From positions 3,492-67,491 of the IMG/VR virus record IMGVR_UViG_3300020182_000028: 64,000 nt of DNA; one strand, written 5' to 3'. This DNA comes from a virus. A program made the translations under genes and the position numbers. A model generated the notes under the pieces. That model saw only the letters and a program-made list of their open reading frames with translations. It ran no database searches and was not told where the DNA came from. This document shows, in pieces, positions 56,667 through 64,000 of the stretch (the stretch's first letter is position 1; the number at the start of each line of letters is the position of its first letter).

Positions 56667-58220
56667 TTATTTTTTATTTGCCTTATCAATTGCAGAATTC
56701 ATTATATCATCTGCTTTCATTTCTAACCGCCAATCAGTGTGTTCAAGATGCTTGCCGGTAGCGCGTTTGTAAGTTGGATCGTCATAAGCATTTTTCAAAC
56801 CGCCTGCGGCATGAGCTATAGTTTTAGCTCCACTAACAGCCCTAGCCACTTTGGCCACTTTGCCTAAACCTTTGCCTAAACCACCAGCCGCCCGTGCAGC
56901 GCCTGCAACAGCACCAGCCGCCCGTCCAGCGCCTGCAACAGCACCAACCGCCCGCGCAGCGCCGCCAATGAGTGCGGGAATAAACCAATATTCATCAAGT
57001 CTGCCTTCTTTCAGCATTTTCATTGAAAGATTTGCAACTTTCATCATACCTTCTTTTGTTTTCATTAGGTTGTCTAATTTTTCTTTATTTGCATCATTTA
57101 CGTTATCATATACTGATTTAACTGCAGATGCAGTAAACATATCTACCATCATTGTGCCATTATCAAATTTAATTTTCATCGCACTTTTTTCATCTGCAAT
57201 TTTACGAATTGTATCTATTGCGCTTTCTGAAACTGATTCGTCAAACTCGTCGTCATCAAACTCGTCAAATGCTGCATGTTCACCATGACCAAAAAACTTT
57301 TTAGCTTTTTTAGTTGCTTTACCGATTTTCTTGCCAGTCGCTTTTACTGTATCTTTGATGCCTTCATCAACTGACTCTTCCCAGGGTGCTTTCTTTAGAG
57401 ATACTTTCTTTCTCTCTTCGCCACGCTCTGGTTCGTCTGCTGACTGCATTGCACGTTTCATTGCTTTTTCTTTTTCTTCGTCAGACATTGAAGATTCATC
57501 CATGCCGCCTGCCATTTCCTTCTCATCACGGTAATAGTCAGTGCCACGTCTTATAAGATCATTAAAATCTTCATTCTTTGCATCGCACCAGTGTAGTATA
57601 TCAGCAATAATGTCACCTGGATGATCTGCATTCATACTGGTTAGAATACTATCTATATTTCTTACAGAGTCTGGATCGCCTACTGCTTCTTCCACTGCTT
57701 CTGCAACAGCTTCACAACCTTCGCCGCAAGCACTACATCTGCCAGTTCCATTACGCTCATCTTGAACAGGAGCACCGCAACAGTTGCTTACCATACCTTC
57801 TGCGTTTTCATCACCTGGAGAATATGATTCTTCAACTTCCTGCTCATTATCCATTACTGCAGCATAATCTTCCATGTCACTATCACTTGGCATTTCAGAA
57901 CTTGCAGGTGTATTCATTTCCATGCTACCCATTGGATCACTCATCATTTCTGGCTCATCAACACTGCCCATTCCCATATCGGTAGGACTATTCATTTCTA
58001 ACGTGTGCATACGAGCCTCAAGTGAGTCTGCCATACGTTGGTATGCATCATATGATTTATTGTGTTGATCTGCAAAAGTTAATGCCAAATCATGAACTGC
58101 ATCACGTGGATTTTTACCCGATGATAATTCTGATACTAGTTGTTCAGTTGCTCTATTTAAATAATCTTCAAATTCATCATTAGAGATTACAAAAGATTCA
58201 ATTAGTTGTGACAGTTTCAT
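56667..58220 (-). CDS. Putative head-internal modular polyprotein
   Basis: MKLSQLIES start; acidic linkers with repeated (V/L)xE(S/A/G); contains a KIKFDNG...VD..TA...Y...KTKEG module. Confidence 0.55.
   Translation of the reverse strand: MKLSQLIESFVISNDEFEDYLNRATEQLVSELSSGKNPRDAVHDLALTFADQHNKSYDAYQRMADSLEARMHTLEMNSPTDMGMGSVDEPEMMSDPMGSMEMNTPASSEMPSDSDMEDYAAVMDNEQEVEESYSPGDENAEGMVSNCCGAPVQDERNGTGRCSACGEGCEAVAEAVEEAVGDPDSVRNIDSILTSMNADHPGDIIADILHWCDAKNEDFNDLIRRGTDYYRDEKEMAGGMDESSMSDEEKEKAMKRAMQSADEPERGEERKKVSLKKAPWEESVDEGIKDTVKATGKKIGKATKKAKKFFGHGEHAAFDEFDDDEFDESVSESAIDTIRKIADEKSAMKIKFDNGTMMVDMFTASAVKSVYDNVNDANKEKLDNLMKTKEGMMKVANLSMKMLKEGRLDEYWFIPALIGGAARAVGAVAGAGRAAGAVAGAARAAGGLGKGLGKVAKVARAVSGAKTIAHAAGGLKNAYDDPTYKRATGKHLEHTDWRLEMKADDIMNSAIDKANKK
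56881..56970 (-). repeat. 30-bp tandem repeat x3 encoding AARA(V/A)GAVAG
   Basis: Units at 56881, 56911, 56941. Confidence 0.9.
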
Positions 58221-58231
58221 TTTAATCTACC

Positions 58232-58438
58232 TTATCGTTTAATCATTGGGCTTTTTACTGGAGTTGTGTAAGCAAGGTTGCCTACATCTGCACTATATCC
58301 CATCTTTGATTTCTTTTTCTTTTTAGTGGCAGGCTTTTTTGCATACACACTTGCATTTGGATCACCCGCACCCAATCCCATAGGAACACTAGCAAATGCT
58401 CCGGCAAAGTTTTCAGATATGATCTCATTTATTTTCAT
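58232..58438 (-). CDS. Small putative head-internal protein
   Basis: MKINEIISE start (moved from 58453), basic C-terminus; GATAAATA 5 nt upstream. Confidence 0.6.
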   Translation of the reverse strand: MKINEIISENFAGAFASVPMGLGAGDPNASVYAKKPATKKKKKSKMGYSADVGNLAYTTPVKSPMIKR

Positions 58439-58443
58439 AATAG

Positions 58444-58451
58444 TATTTATC
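58444..58451 (-). promoter_or_regulatory. T4-like late promoter GATAAATA, 5 nt before the ATG
   Basis: GATAAATA-CTATT-ATG. Confidence 0.55.
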
Positions 58452-58462
58452 ATTTATGACAA

Positions 58463-58567
58463 TTATATCATTTCCCAACGATTTTTGCTTTTATTCCATC
58501 GTAAAGTTCTACTGCCCACGTTTATTTCTAAACCATCTCTTGGATTTTTTGGTAGACTTATTGGCAT
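58463..58567 (-). CDS. 34-aa peptide (not in ORF track)
   Basis: Hand-translated MPISLPKNPRDGLEINVGSRTLRWNKSKNRWEMI; strong AAGGAG SD. Confidence 0.6.
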   Translation of the reverse strand: MPISLPKNPRDGLEINVGSRTLRWNKSKNRWEMI

Positions 58568-58590
58568 GCTATTTCTCCTTATTATTTTGC

Positions 58591-58617
58591 ATATTATTCC
58601 ATACTATGGAATAATAT
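58591..58617. repeat. 13-bp inverted repeat ATATTATTCCATA-C-TATGGAATAATAT
   Basis: Read directly; just after the stop codon of 58619..60367. Confidence 0.9.
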
Positions 58618-58618
58618 T

Positions 58619-60367
58619 CTATCTTAAATTCTTTTTTGGTTTTCCATCACGATCTACATCGTTGCCGAACTTCTTAACTTGATTAATTATTTCATCAACA
58701 CCTACATCTATAGTTGTATTTACACCTTTTACTACACGACCAACTCCTGCTGATTCAATAACATTTTCTTCAAGTGCGTCCCAATACTCGTCATCACGTG
58801 GTACTGGTTTAGGGTTAGTTAGTCTGAAAAATGCTGTACTATTATTAGCAGTAGTACTTTGCTCTAACTTCCAACCTAGTTGACTGGCAAGTTTTTTAGC
58901 AAATCTTGTGTATAGTTTTTCTCTACCATCACTTGCGTGTTCATCTTTGTTAGCACCAAAGTCAAAACCTTCTACGTGTTCAATGCCAACTGTGCTAATC
59001 CACTTTTTCATCATTGCAACTACAGTAGCAAACACTCTAAACTCATCGCCTGAATCTGTTTTGCCCATGCTATTTCCAACTGCAAAGTCGATACCAAAGT
59101 CATCAAAGTCAGTTGATGAAAATTCCATTATTAGCGGACCATTTGGTGTTTGTGCTGTTGCTACAAATGATTGCGACTCATCGGGACCAGTAAGTTTAAA
59201 CGGATATGGATTATCAAATGCTTCATTGATTGATTCATTTTTAGAAGAATTATATTCATATGTATCTTCGCCTGTTTTTGTCAACCACTCAAACTTATCA
59301 AAAAACTTTTTGTTGGTTACTTTATATATTGTTAGTGGTAGGCCCTTTTGATCTGCATATGACTTTATTGCATTCATAACTTTAACACCAACGCCCCCGC
59401 CACGCTTGGATGTAGATATTTGTGACATTAGAATTTTATCTGGTCTAAAACTCTTACTAGCATCTAATAGGATATGACCGAAATCACCTTTAAGCATATA
59501 TGTGCCACCACCACCGATCATTTCTTTTTCAGACCATGGGACTCCTACTTTGCCCCAACTAGTCCAGCTAGTTGCACCAATTGCTTCGCCGATATGTTTG
59601 ATTAGTGGGTAGTCGCTACTTAAAGGCCACCATTTCTTATCAAACTCAATATCTACGTATCCATTTCGGATAGCATCGAATTCTTCTTTAGACACTTCAT
59701 TTACTGATTCATTACTTTGTGGGTAACGGATCATCAAGTTTCTAAATTCATAATTCTTGTTGCGTCCTTTGTTGTCAATAAATCCAAACTGTTTATAGAA
59801 CTTGCGTAATCTTGATTGTGATGTTGTGCCGTGTTGCTTATCTAATAGTCCTGGATCAAGCACCATAATCTTACCGTTGTCATCTGCATACTTGATAAGT
59901 TCTTGCATTACTTTTGAACCAGTGCCCTTGCCTTGATCTTCTCTGTTAACAATGATACTGTGTAGTTCAATAGCATTTCGACTAGCCATATCACCTAAAA
60001 ACAAAGATTTAAGATTGTATTTTGCTTCCAGATCGGATGCTAATGCTGAAACATTTTCGTTAAATGCTACATCTGTTGCTTTCTTTGCACTAGCACCGTC
60101 TGGGTGTTTAGGGTTGATACCAACAGGTTCACCATTCATTAGATCACTGATATTAGCAGTTTTACTAATCTTATCTAGCAACTGATGTAGTTTGTCATTT
60201 TTATCATAACCATTGGTCTCGTATCCAGGCTTGCCACGCACTTCTGTGCGCTTGCCTGTAGCAGTGTCAGTAATGTTTAACACCATCATATCAGTATCAC
60301 GCTCTAGTTTTAGTTTATATCCTTCACTTATCTTAGATGGGGATGATTGTATTTCATTTATATTCAT
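58619..60367 (-). CDS. Putative head-internal polyprotein with GNAT acetyltransferase domains
   Basis: MNINEI start; GNAT motif A EDQGKGTGSKVM...LRKFYKQFGF and second KRGGGVGVKVM; domains separated by NEN / NESVNE / NESINE / LEENVIES linkers. Confidence 0.65.
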   Translation of the reverse strand: MNINEIQSSPSKISEGYKLKLERDTDMMVLNITDTATGKRTEVRGKPGYETNGYDKNDKLHQLLDKISKTANISDLMNGEPVGINPKHPDGASAKKATDVAFNENVSALASDLEAKYNLKSLFLGDMASRNAIELHSIIVNREDQGKGTGSKVMQELIKYADDNGKIMVLDPGLLDKQHGTTSQSRLRKFYKQFGFIDNKGRNKNYEFRNLMIRYPQSNESVNEVSKEEFDAIRNGYVDIEFDKKWWPLSSDYPLIKHIGEAIGATSWTSWGKVGVPWSEKEMIGGGGTYMLKGDFGHILLDASKSFRPDKILMSQISTSKRGGGVGVKVMNAIKSYADQKGLPLTIYKVTNKKFFDKFEWLTKTGEDTYEYNSSKNESINEAFDNPYPFKLTGPDESQSFVATAQTPNGPLIMEFSSTDFDDFGIDFAVGNSMGKTDSGDEFRVFATVVAMMKKWISTVGIEHVEGFDFGANKDEHASDGREKLYTRFAKKLASQLGWKLEQSTTANNSTAFFRLTNPKPVPRDDEYWDALEENVIESAGVGRVVKGVNTTIDVGVDEIINQVKKFGNDVDRDGKPKKNLR

Positions 60368-60377
60368 TGTTTTATTA

Positions 60378-61802
60378 TTAAATAGGAATATTAAAATCGT
60401 TAATAGCCTGCATAAATCCTTTTTTGGTTTTTATATATTTGTGTATTATATCTCTTTGTTCATCTGCCATTCCATAGTACACGTTCATGAATTTTTTTGC
60501 TTTTTTAGGTGTTACGTTTATTACAGTATCATCATAAAACTTTACTGGGAATTCGTTATTATCACTTCTATCTGATAGTTTATCTAATACTACTAGTGGA
60601 TTACTTTGTGTTGCTTCTTGTAGTTCATCAATTGAATGTTCTTTTTTATAAAACCCTACTAGTGTTTTATAATCCATACCATTGAATGAACGTGCTATAT
60701 CAAATGCATAACTTTCTACTGATCTCTGTAACCCTTTTGAACTTAATAATTTATCTAGTGCACTAAGTGCTGCTAGATAGAAATTACGCTCTTGTCTACT
60801 ACCAACAGTTTTTAATATATCTTCTCTTGCTGATTCATACATATCTGGATTAAGTGTATCATTTATCTTGACACCGGCTGCGTCTGCCATTTTTTTAATT
60901 TTTCTCAATCCCTTGCCAGTTTTCAATGCTGTTTTTAGCATTGTTTTTAATCCAGCAACTGTAGTTTGTGCTACAACTGCGAGGACAATTAAATCTGCTA
61001 GTGGTGGCAATGAACTCAAGTCTTCATCTAGTTTAGATTCATCGTATGCTAATGCTTTTTCAATATGATTGAATAAATTTTTTCCCCAATTTACAATTTT
61101 ATCAAATCTATTTTTGGGCGCCGAGGTTGGCTTCTTAGTTATTGGTGCAACTGCTTTTACACTGGCTGCTGGTGTTGCAGTTCTATTTTGCATGCCGGGA
61201 AAATTAATCTTAGATCCCAATGATGCGTTTTCATTCATTTCCTGATTTATTAAATACATGTAATGTTCTGCCTGTCCATTATTAATTTTGACACGCTTGC
61301 CATTTTGATATGCTTCAATATCTAGATGATCTTTTGACACACTCGGATGATCTATTCGTTTCCAATGAATTTCTACGTTATTCTTTTCATCGGAATACAC
61401 ACCAGATTGGTTATCACTTTCAACTGTAAATTCTTTATTTGGAGTGGTAAAGTTCTTTTTACGCATAACTGTTTTGGCTACTAGTTCTAGTTCTTCGCCA
61501 TTCCAATTAAGAACAAATGGTACATTAATATCACTTGACAAGTCTTTCATTACTGCTTCTGCGTCTGGACCAAGTTGTGCAATTGGTTTGCCATACTTTA
61601 TAAATTCTTTTTTGAATAACATACCAAGTTCTTTAATTGAAATTGGCTTTACATTTCGTTCATCATTCACACGATCAATGAAATGACGAGTGAATTCGAC
61701 ATCAATACCTACTTTTGAAAATACCTTATCTAGTACACTTTCTAGTGTATCAAGCTGGTTTTGTGTCACGCCAGCATTTTTATCTAATTCATTAATTTTC
61801 AT
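60378..61802 (-). CDS. Putative head-internal polyprotein; N-terminal RelE/RegB-like domain candidate
   Basis: MKINEL start; EFTRHFIDRVNDERN...LVAKTVMRK; linkers VES, MNE, LDE, MYES, LQE. Confidence 0.5.
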   Translation of the reverse strand: MKINELDKNAGVTQNQLDTLESVLDKVFSKVGIDVEFTRHFIDRVNDERNVKPISIKELGMLFKKEFIKYGKPIAQLGPDAEAVMKDLSSDINVPFVLNWNGEELELVAKTVMRKKNFTTPNKEFTVESDNQSGVYSDEKNNVEIHWKRIDHPSVSKDHLDIEAYQNGKRVKINNGQAEHYMYLINQEMNENASLGSKINFPGMQNRTATPAASVKAVAPITKKPTSAPKNRFDKIVNWGKNLFNHIEKALAYDESKLDEDLSSLPPLADLIVLAVVAQTTVAGLKTMLKTALKTGKGLRKIKKMADAAGVKINDTLNPDMYESAREDILKTVGSRQERNFYLAALSALDKLLSSKGLQRSVESYAFDIARSFNGMDYKTLVGFYKKEHSIDELQEATQSNPLVVLDKLSDRSDNNEFPVKFYDDTVINVTPKKAKKFMNVYYGMADEQRDIIHKYIKTKKGFMQAINDFNIPI

Positions 61803-61822
61803 ATCATTTTCTCACATATTCT

Positions 61823-62812
61823 TTATTTTCTATTAGTCTTTAAATTTTTCAATTCCTGTGTTAGTGAATCTATTTGTTTCTCTAATTTAGCAATACTATT
61901 ATCTACTTTATCTTCGATTGCTGCAATATCAATGCTGTGTTGCATATCATTTTTCTTACTCACTATTTGTGAATCTTCTACATCAGCAACTAACGCACCC
62001 AATAAGTTATCTGCGGCAGGATATTTGACTCTTAAATTATTTAATGCTTTCGCAGTTTTTACATCAAAACTATCTAAATCAGTTGTGTCTTCTGTAATCA
62101 TCTGATGCTTTAATTCCACTTCAAGCAATATCGAATATAAATCGTCTTCTTCCCAGTTTTCATTTAGAGATTCGCCACCTAATTTTTGTTTAAATATTTC
62201 AACTACATTATTTGGTATATCGGTACGCCCGTATAAATCTTGTAATATTTGATTTAACTCTGTGTCATCAGCGTTTGAAATCATATTGCGAATTTGTGTA
62301 GCACTATTAACTGCTTCGCCACGTATCTTGAATGTAAATGTGGGAACTGTAGTTATATAACTATGTTGGCGTAGTGGCTTCGCGCCTTCAATTCCTCTCC
62401 ACATTTGTATATGTGCTGGATCGCCATTCTTTTTCATTTTTGTACCAACTGACGGAAAATCAAATCTAGGATCTTCTGTCATATCTTTTTCTGATACTGC
62501 ATAAATTACGATTGTATTATCTGGATCAAATCTATCAGTTATTTCACTTGCAACATATGGGATCTTCGCTTGAACTATTGAATTTGGATCAACGCCTGCT
62601 AACATCATCATTTTCTTTTTTTCATCAAACGAAAAAGGTGATTTATGTGCATCGGTTTTACCTGAACTTGCTATAAAAACTTGTGCGCCTTTATATTTTT
62701 GCTTTAAATATTTGAATACCTTGCCATGTCCAATATGAAAAGGATGAAATCTTCCGGGATATATGACGATAACCTTTGTATTTTCATTTTCTATTAAATC
62801 AAATAGTCTCAT
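61823..62812 (-). CDS. HxGH nucleotidyltransferase (cytidyltransferase-like) with C-terminal coiled coil
   Basis: YPGRFHPFHIGH, PFSFDEKK, SATQIR; MRLFDLIE start. Confidence 0.75.
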   Translation of the reverse strand: MRLFDLIENENTKVIVIYPGRFHPFHIGHGKVFKYLKQKYKGAQVFIASSGKTDAHKSPFSFDEKKKMMMLAGVDPNSIVQAKIPYVASEITDRFDPDNTIVIYAVSEKDMTEDPRFDFPSVGTKMKKNGDPAHIQMWRGIEGAKPLRQHSYITTVPTFTFKIRGEAVNSATQIRNMISNADDTELNQILQDLYGRTDIPNNVVEIFKQKLGGESLNENWEEDDLYSILLEVELKHQMITEDTTDLDSFDVKTAKALNNLRVKYPAADNLLGALVADVEDSQIVSKKNDMQHSIDIAAIEDKVDNSIAKLEKQIDSLTQELKNLKTNRK

Positions 62813-62846
62813 TGCATTATAGTTCCCATATTAAATATACTAAGTG

Positions 62847-62854
62847 TATTTATC
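62847..62854 (-). promoter_or_regulatory. T4-like late promoter GATAAATA
   Basis: GATAAATA-CACT upstream of 62812. Confidence 0.55.
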
Positions 62855-62872
62855 TTTTATGTTATATAATAA

Positions 62873-62901
62873 AAAACTCTAGTAGTTACTACTAGAGTTT
62901 T
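62873..62901. terminator. Bidirectional terminator-like hairpin
   Basis: AAAACTCTAGTAG-TTA-CTACTAGAGTTTT. Confidence 0.75.
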
Positions 62902-62932
62902 AATTTTATTGGCTTATTGGCGGCAGTAATTA

Positions 62933-63178
62933 TTATTTCTTTTTGAACATGCCTTTTAAAGGATTATACATTTTAAAAAACTTTTTTGGTTTGTCATGAT
63001 TTTGCATTGCAACTAGCGCATCATCGAATTCTTTCACAGTGTTTATACGATTTAGAGCCTGATGTTTATCTTTTTGAACTTCGATATCATCTGCTGACAG
63101 GTACTTTATATTGCCCGCAACATTATTGAATACTCCAACTAATTTACCTTTTTTGACATCCACATATAAAAATTTCAT
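62933..63178 (-). CDS. Small hypothetical protein
   Basis: 81 aa; AAGGAGG SD and AATAAATA late box at 63207..63214. Confidence 0.65.
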   Translation of the reverse strand: MKFLYVDVKKGKLVGVFNNVAGNIKYLSADDIEVQKDKHQALNRINTVKEFDDALVAMQNHDKPKKFFKMYNPLKGMFKKK

Positions 63179-63294
63179 AGTATGCCTCCTTGTTGTTGTT
63201 ATAGTGTATTTATTTAATTTGTTCCGGCATATTAAATACTCATTTATCAGATAAATGCTATGAAATTATATTATAATGGACTTGAAAATGTTCA

Positions 63295-63369
63295 TGGAGC
63301 GGGCGATGAGATTCGAACTCACGACAGTTTCGTTGGCAACGAAAGGCTCTACCACTGAGCTACGCCCGC
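63295..63369 (-). tRNA. trnG: tRNA-Gly(GCC)
   Basis: GCGGGCGTAGCTCAGTGGTAGAGC...TT-GCC-AA...GTTCGAATC...CCA encoded. Confidence 0.95.
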
Positions 63370-63375
63370 TTATAT

Positions 63376-63460
63376 TGGTATCAACTAAGGACTCGAACCT
63401 TACCGCAGAATTGATATGACGCCTGTAATATCTGTTACTGTTAGCAAACCTGCATTGATA
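63376..63460 (-). ncRNA. Non-canonical tRNA-like RNA
   Basis: Acceptor TATCAAT/GTTGATA, T-arm TAAGG-TTCGAGT-CCTTA, terminal CCA, stem GATAT/ATATC with a 10-nt loop; sits within the tRNA array. Confidence 0.65.
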
Positions 63461-63463
63461 TAT

Positions 63464-63539
63464 TGGTGGAGAATATCGGGCTCGAACCGATCACCTCCTG
63501 CTTGCAAAGCAGGCGCTCTCCCAGATGAGCTAATTCCCC
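63464..63539 (-). tRNA. trnA: tRNA-Ala(UGC)
   Basis: GGGGAATTAGCTCA...TT-TGC-AA..., G3:U70, CCA encoded. Confidence 0.95.
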
Positions 63540-63549
63540 GTTAAACATT

Positions 63550-63634
<85 letters not shown>

Positions 63635-63639
63635 ATTAA

Positions 63640-63715
63640 TGGTGCTCCCACACGGACTTGAACCGCGGACCTACTGATTACAAATCAGTTGCTCTACCAA
63701 CTGAGCTATAGGAGC
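63640..63715 (-). tRNA. trnT: tRNA-Thr(UGU)
   Basis: ACTGA-TT-TGT-AA-TCAGT, CCA encoded. Confidence 0.95.
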
Positions 63716-63735
63716 ATTAACTTCTACTTTTATTT

Positions 63736-63757
63736 ATCACTCAAGATTATGAGTGAT
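63736..63757. other. Intergenic hairpin ATCACTCA-AGATTA-TGAGTGAT between tRNA-Ser and tRNA-Thr
   Basis: 8-bp perfect stem; possible processing signal. Confidence 0.6.
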
Positions 63758-63760
63758 ATA

Positions 63761-63848
63761 TGGCGGAGAGACAGGGATTCGAACCCTGGGAGGCTCTCAC
63801 CTCAACGGTTTTCAAGACCGCCGCATTCGACCACTCTGCCACCTCTCC
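63761..63848 (-). tRNA. trnS: tRNA-Ser(UGA)
   Basis: GCGGT-CT-TGA-AA-ACCGT, long variable arm, CCA encoded. Confidence 0.95.
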
Positions 63849-63857
63849 ATGTTATAT

Positions 63858-63933
63858 TGGCTCCCTGTGCTGGGCTCGAACCAGCGACAAATTGATTAAC
63901 AGTCAATTGCTCTACCAACTGAGCTAACAGGGA
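63858..63933 (-). tRNA. trnN: tRNA-Asn(GUU)
   Basis: ATTGA-CT-GTT-AA-TCAAT, CCA encoded. Confidence 0.95.
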
Positions 63934-64000
63934 ATAAAACTACTTATCTCAATACCCCTAGTATCTTCAATCTTTCCGCACGGTCTTATTGACGATGCCG

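Noticed and set aside
56851-59351. Plus-strand ORFs 56851..57288, 58278..58682 and 58908..59351
   Set aside because: Antisense to well-supported minus-strand genes; produced by repeats and codon bias
63689-63895. Plus-strand 68-aa ORF
   Set aside because: Antisense to tRNA-Thr, tRNA-Ser and tRNA-Asn
63934-64000. Possible further ncRNA at the window end
   Set aside because: Too little sequence; no T-arm or CCA signature visible

Overview
This 64-kb AT-rich window is from a large lytic dsDNA phage (T4-superfamily or jumbo myovirus type), not a cellular genome. Evidence: family-B DNA polymerase, sliding clamp, RNase H-like flap nuclease, DsbA-like protein, T4-like ATAAATA late promoters, head-internal proteins and a tRNA cluster. 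Layout: (i) 1-1.6 kb, end of a baseplate/fibre module. (ii) 1.6-32.2 kb, a mostly plus-strand tailoring-enzyme cluster with ten radical-SAM/SPASM-twitch proteins, four glycosyltransferase-like proteins, a carbamoyltransferase, three SGNH-like proteins, methyltransferase-like proteins, a 2OG-Fe(II) oxygenase, kinase-like domains and a QueC-like ATPase, interrupted by an inverted early-gene island at 12.7-15.65 kb. (iii) 32.2-56.6 kb, minus-strand replication and metabolism genes (thyA, HNH, VWA + AAA ATPase, SbmA/BacA-like transporter, PMM-like HAD, RNase H), a 7-deazaguanine locus (queE, folE, GT-B glycosyltransferase, QueD-like/DpdL-like T-fold protein, DpdA/TGT-like), the clamp, an autotransporter-like protein, an N6-adenine methyltransferase and DNA polymerase. 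(iv) 56.7-62.8 kb, modular putative virion-packaged polyproteins. (v) 63.3-63.9 kb, six canonical tRNAs plus one non-canonical tRNA-like RNA. Strongest leads: the radical-SAM tailoring cluster; the deazaguanine locus with an embedded glycosyltransferase; four sigma70 promoters sharing a GANTC/GcrA-type box at a fixed spacer position (suggests an alphaproteobacterial host and methylation-linked early transcription); the protease-processable effector polyproteins; and the tRNA-like RNA. All protein calls rest on motifs read by eye; no database searches were run.
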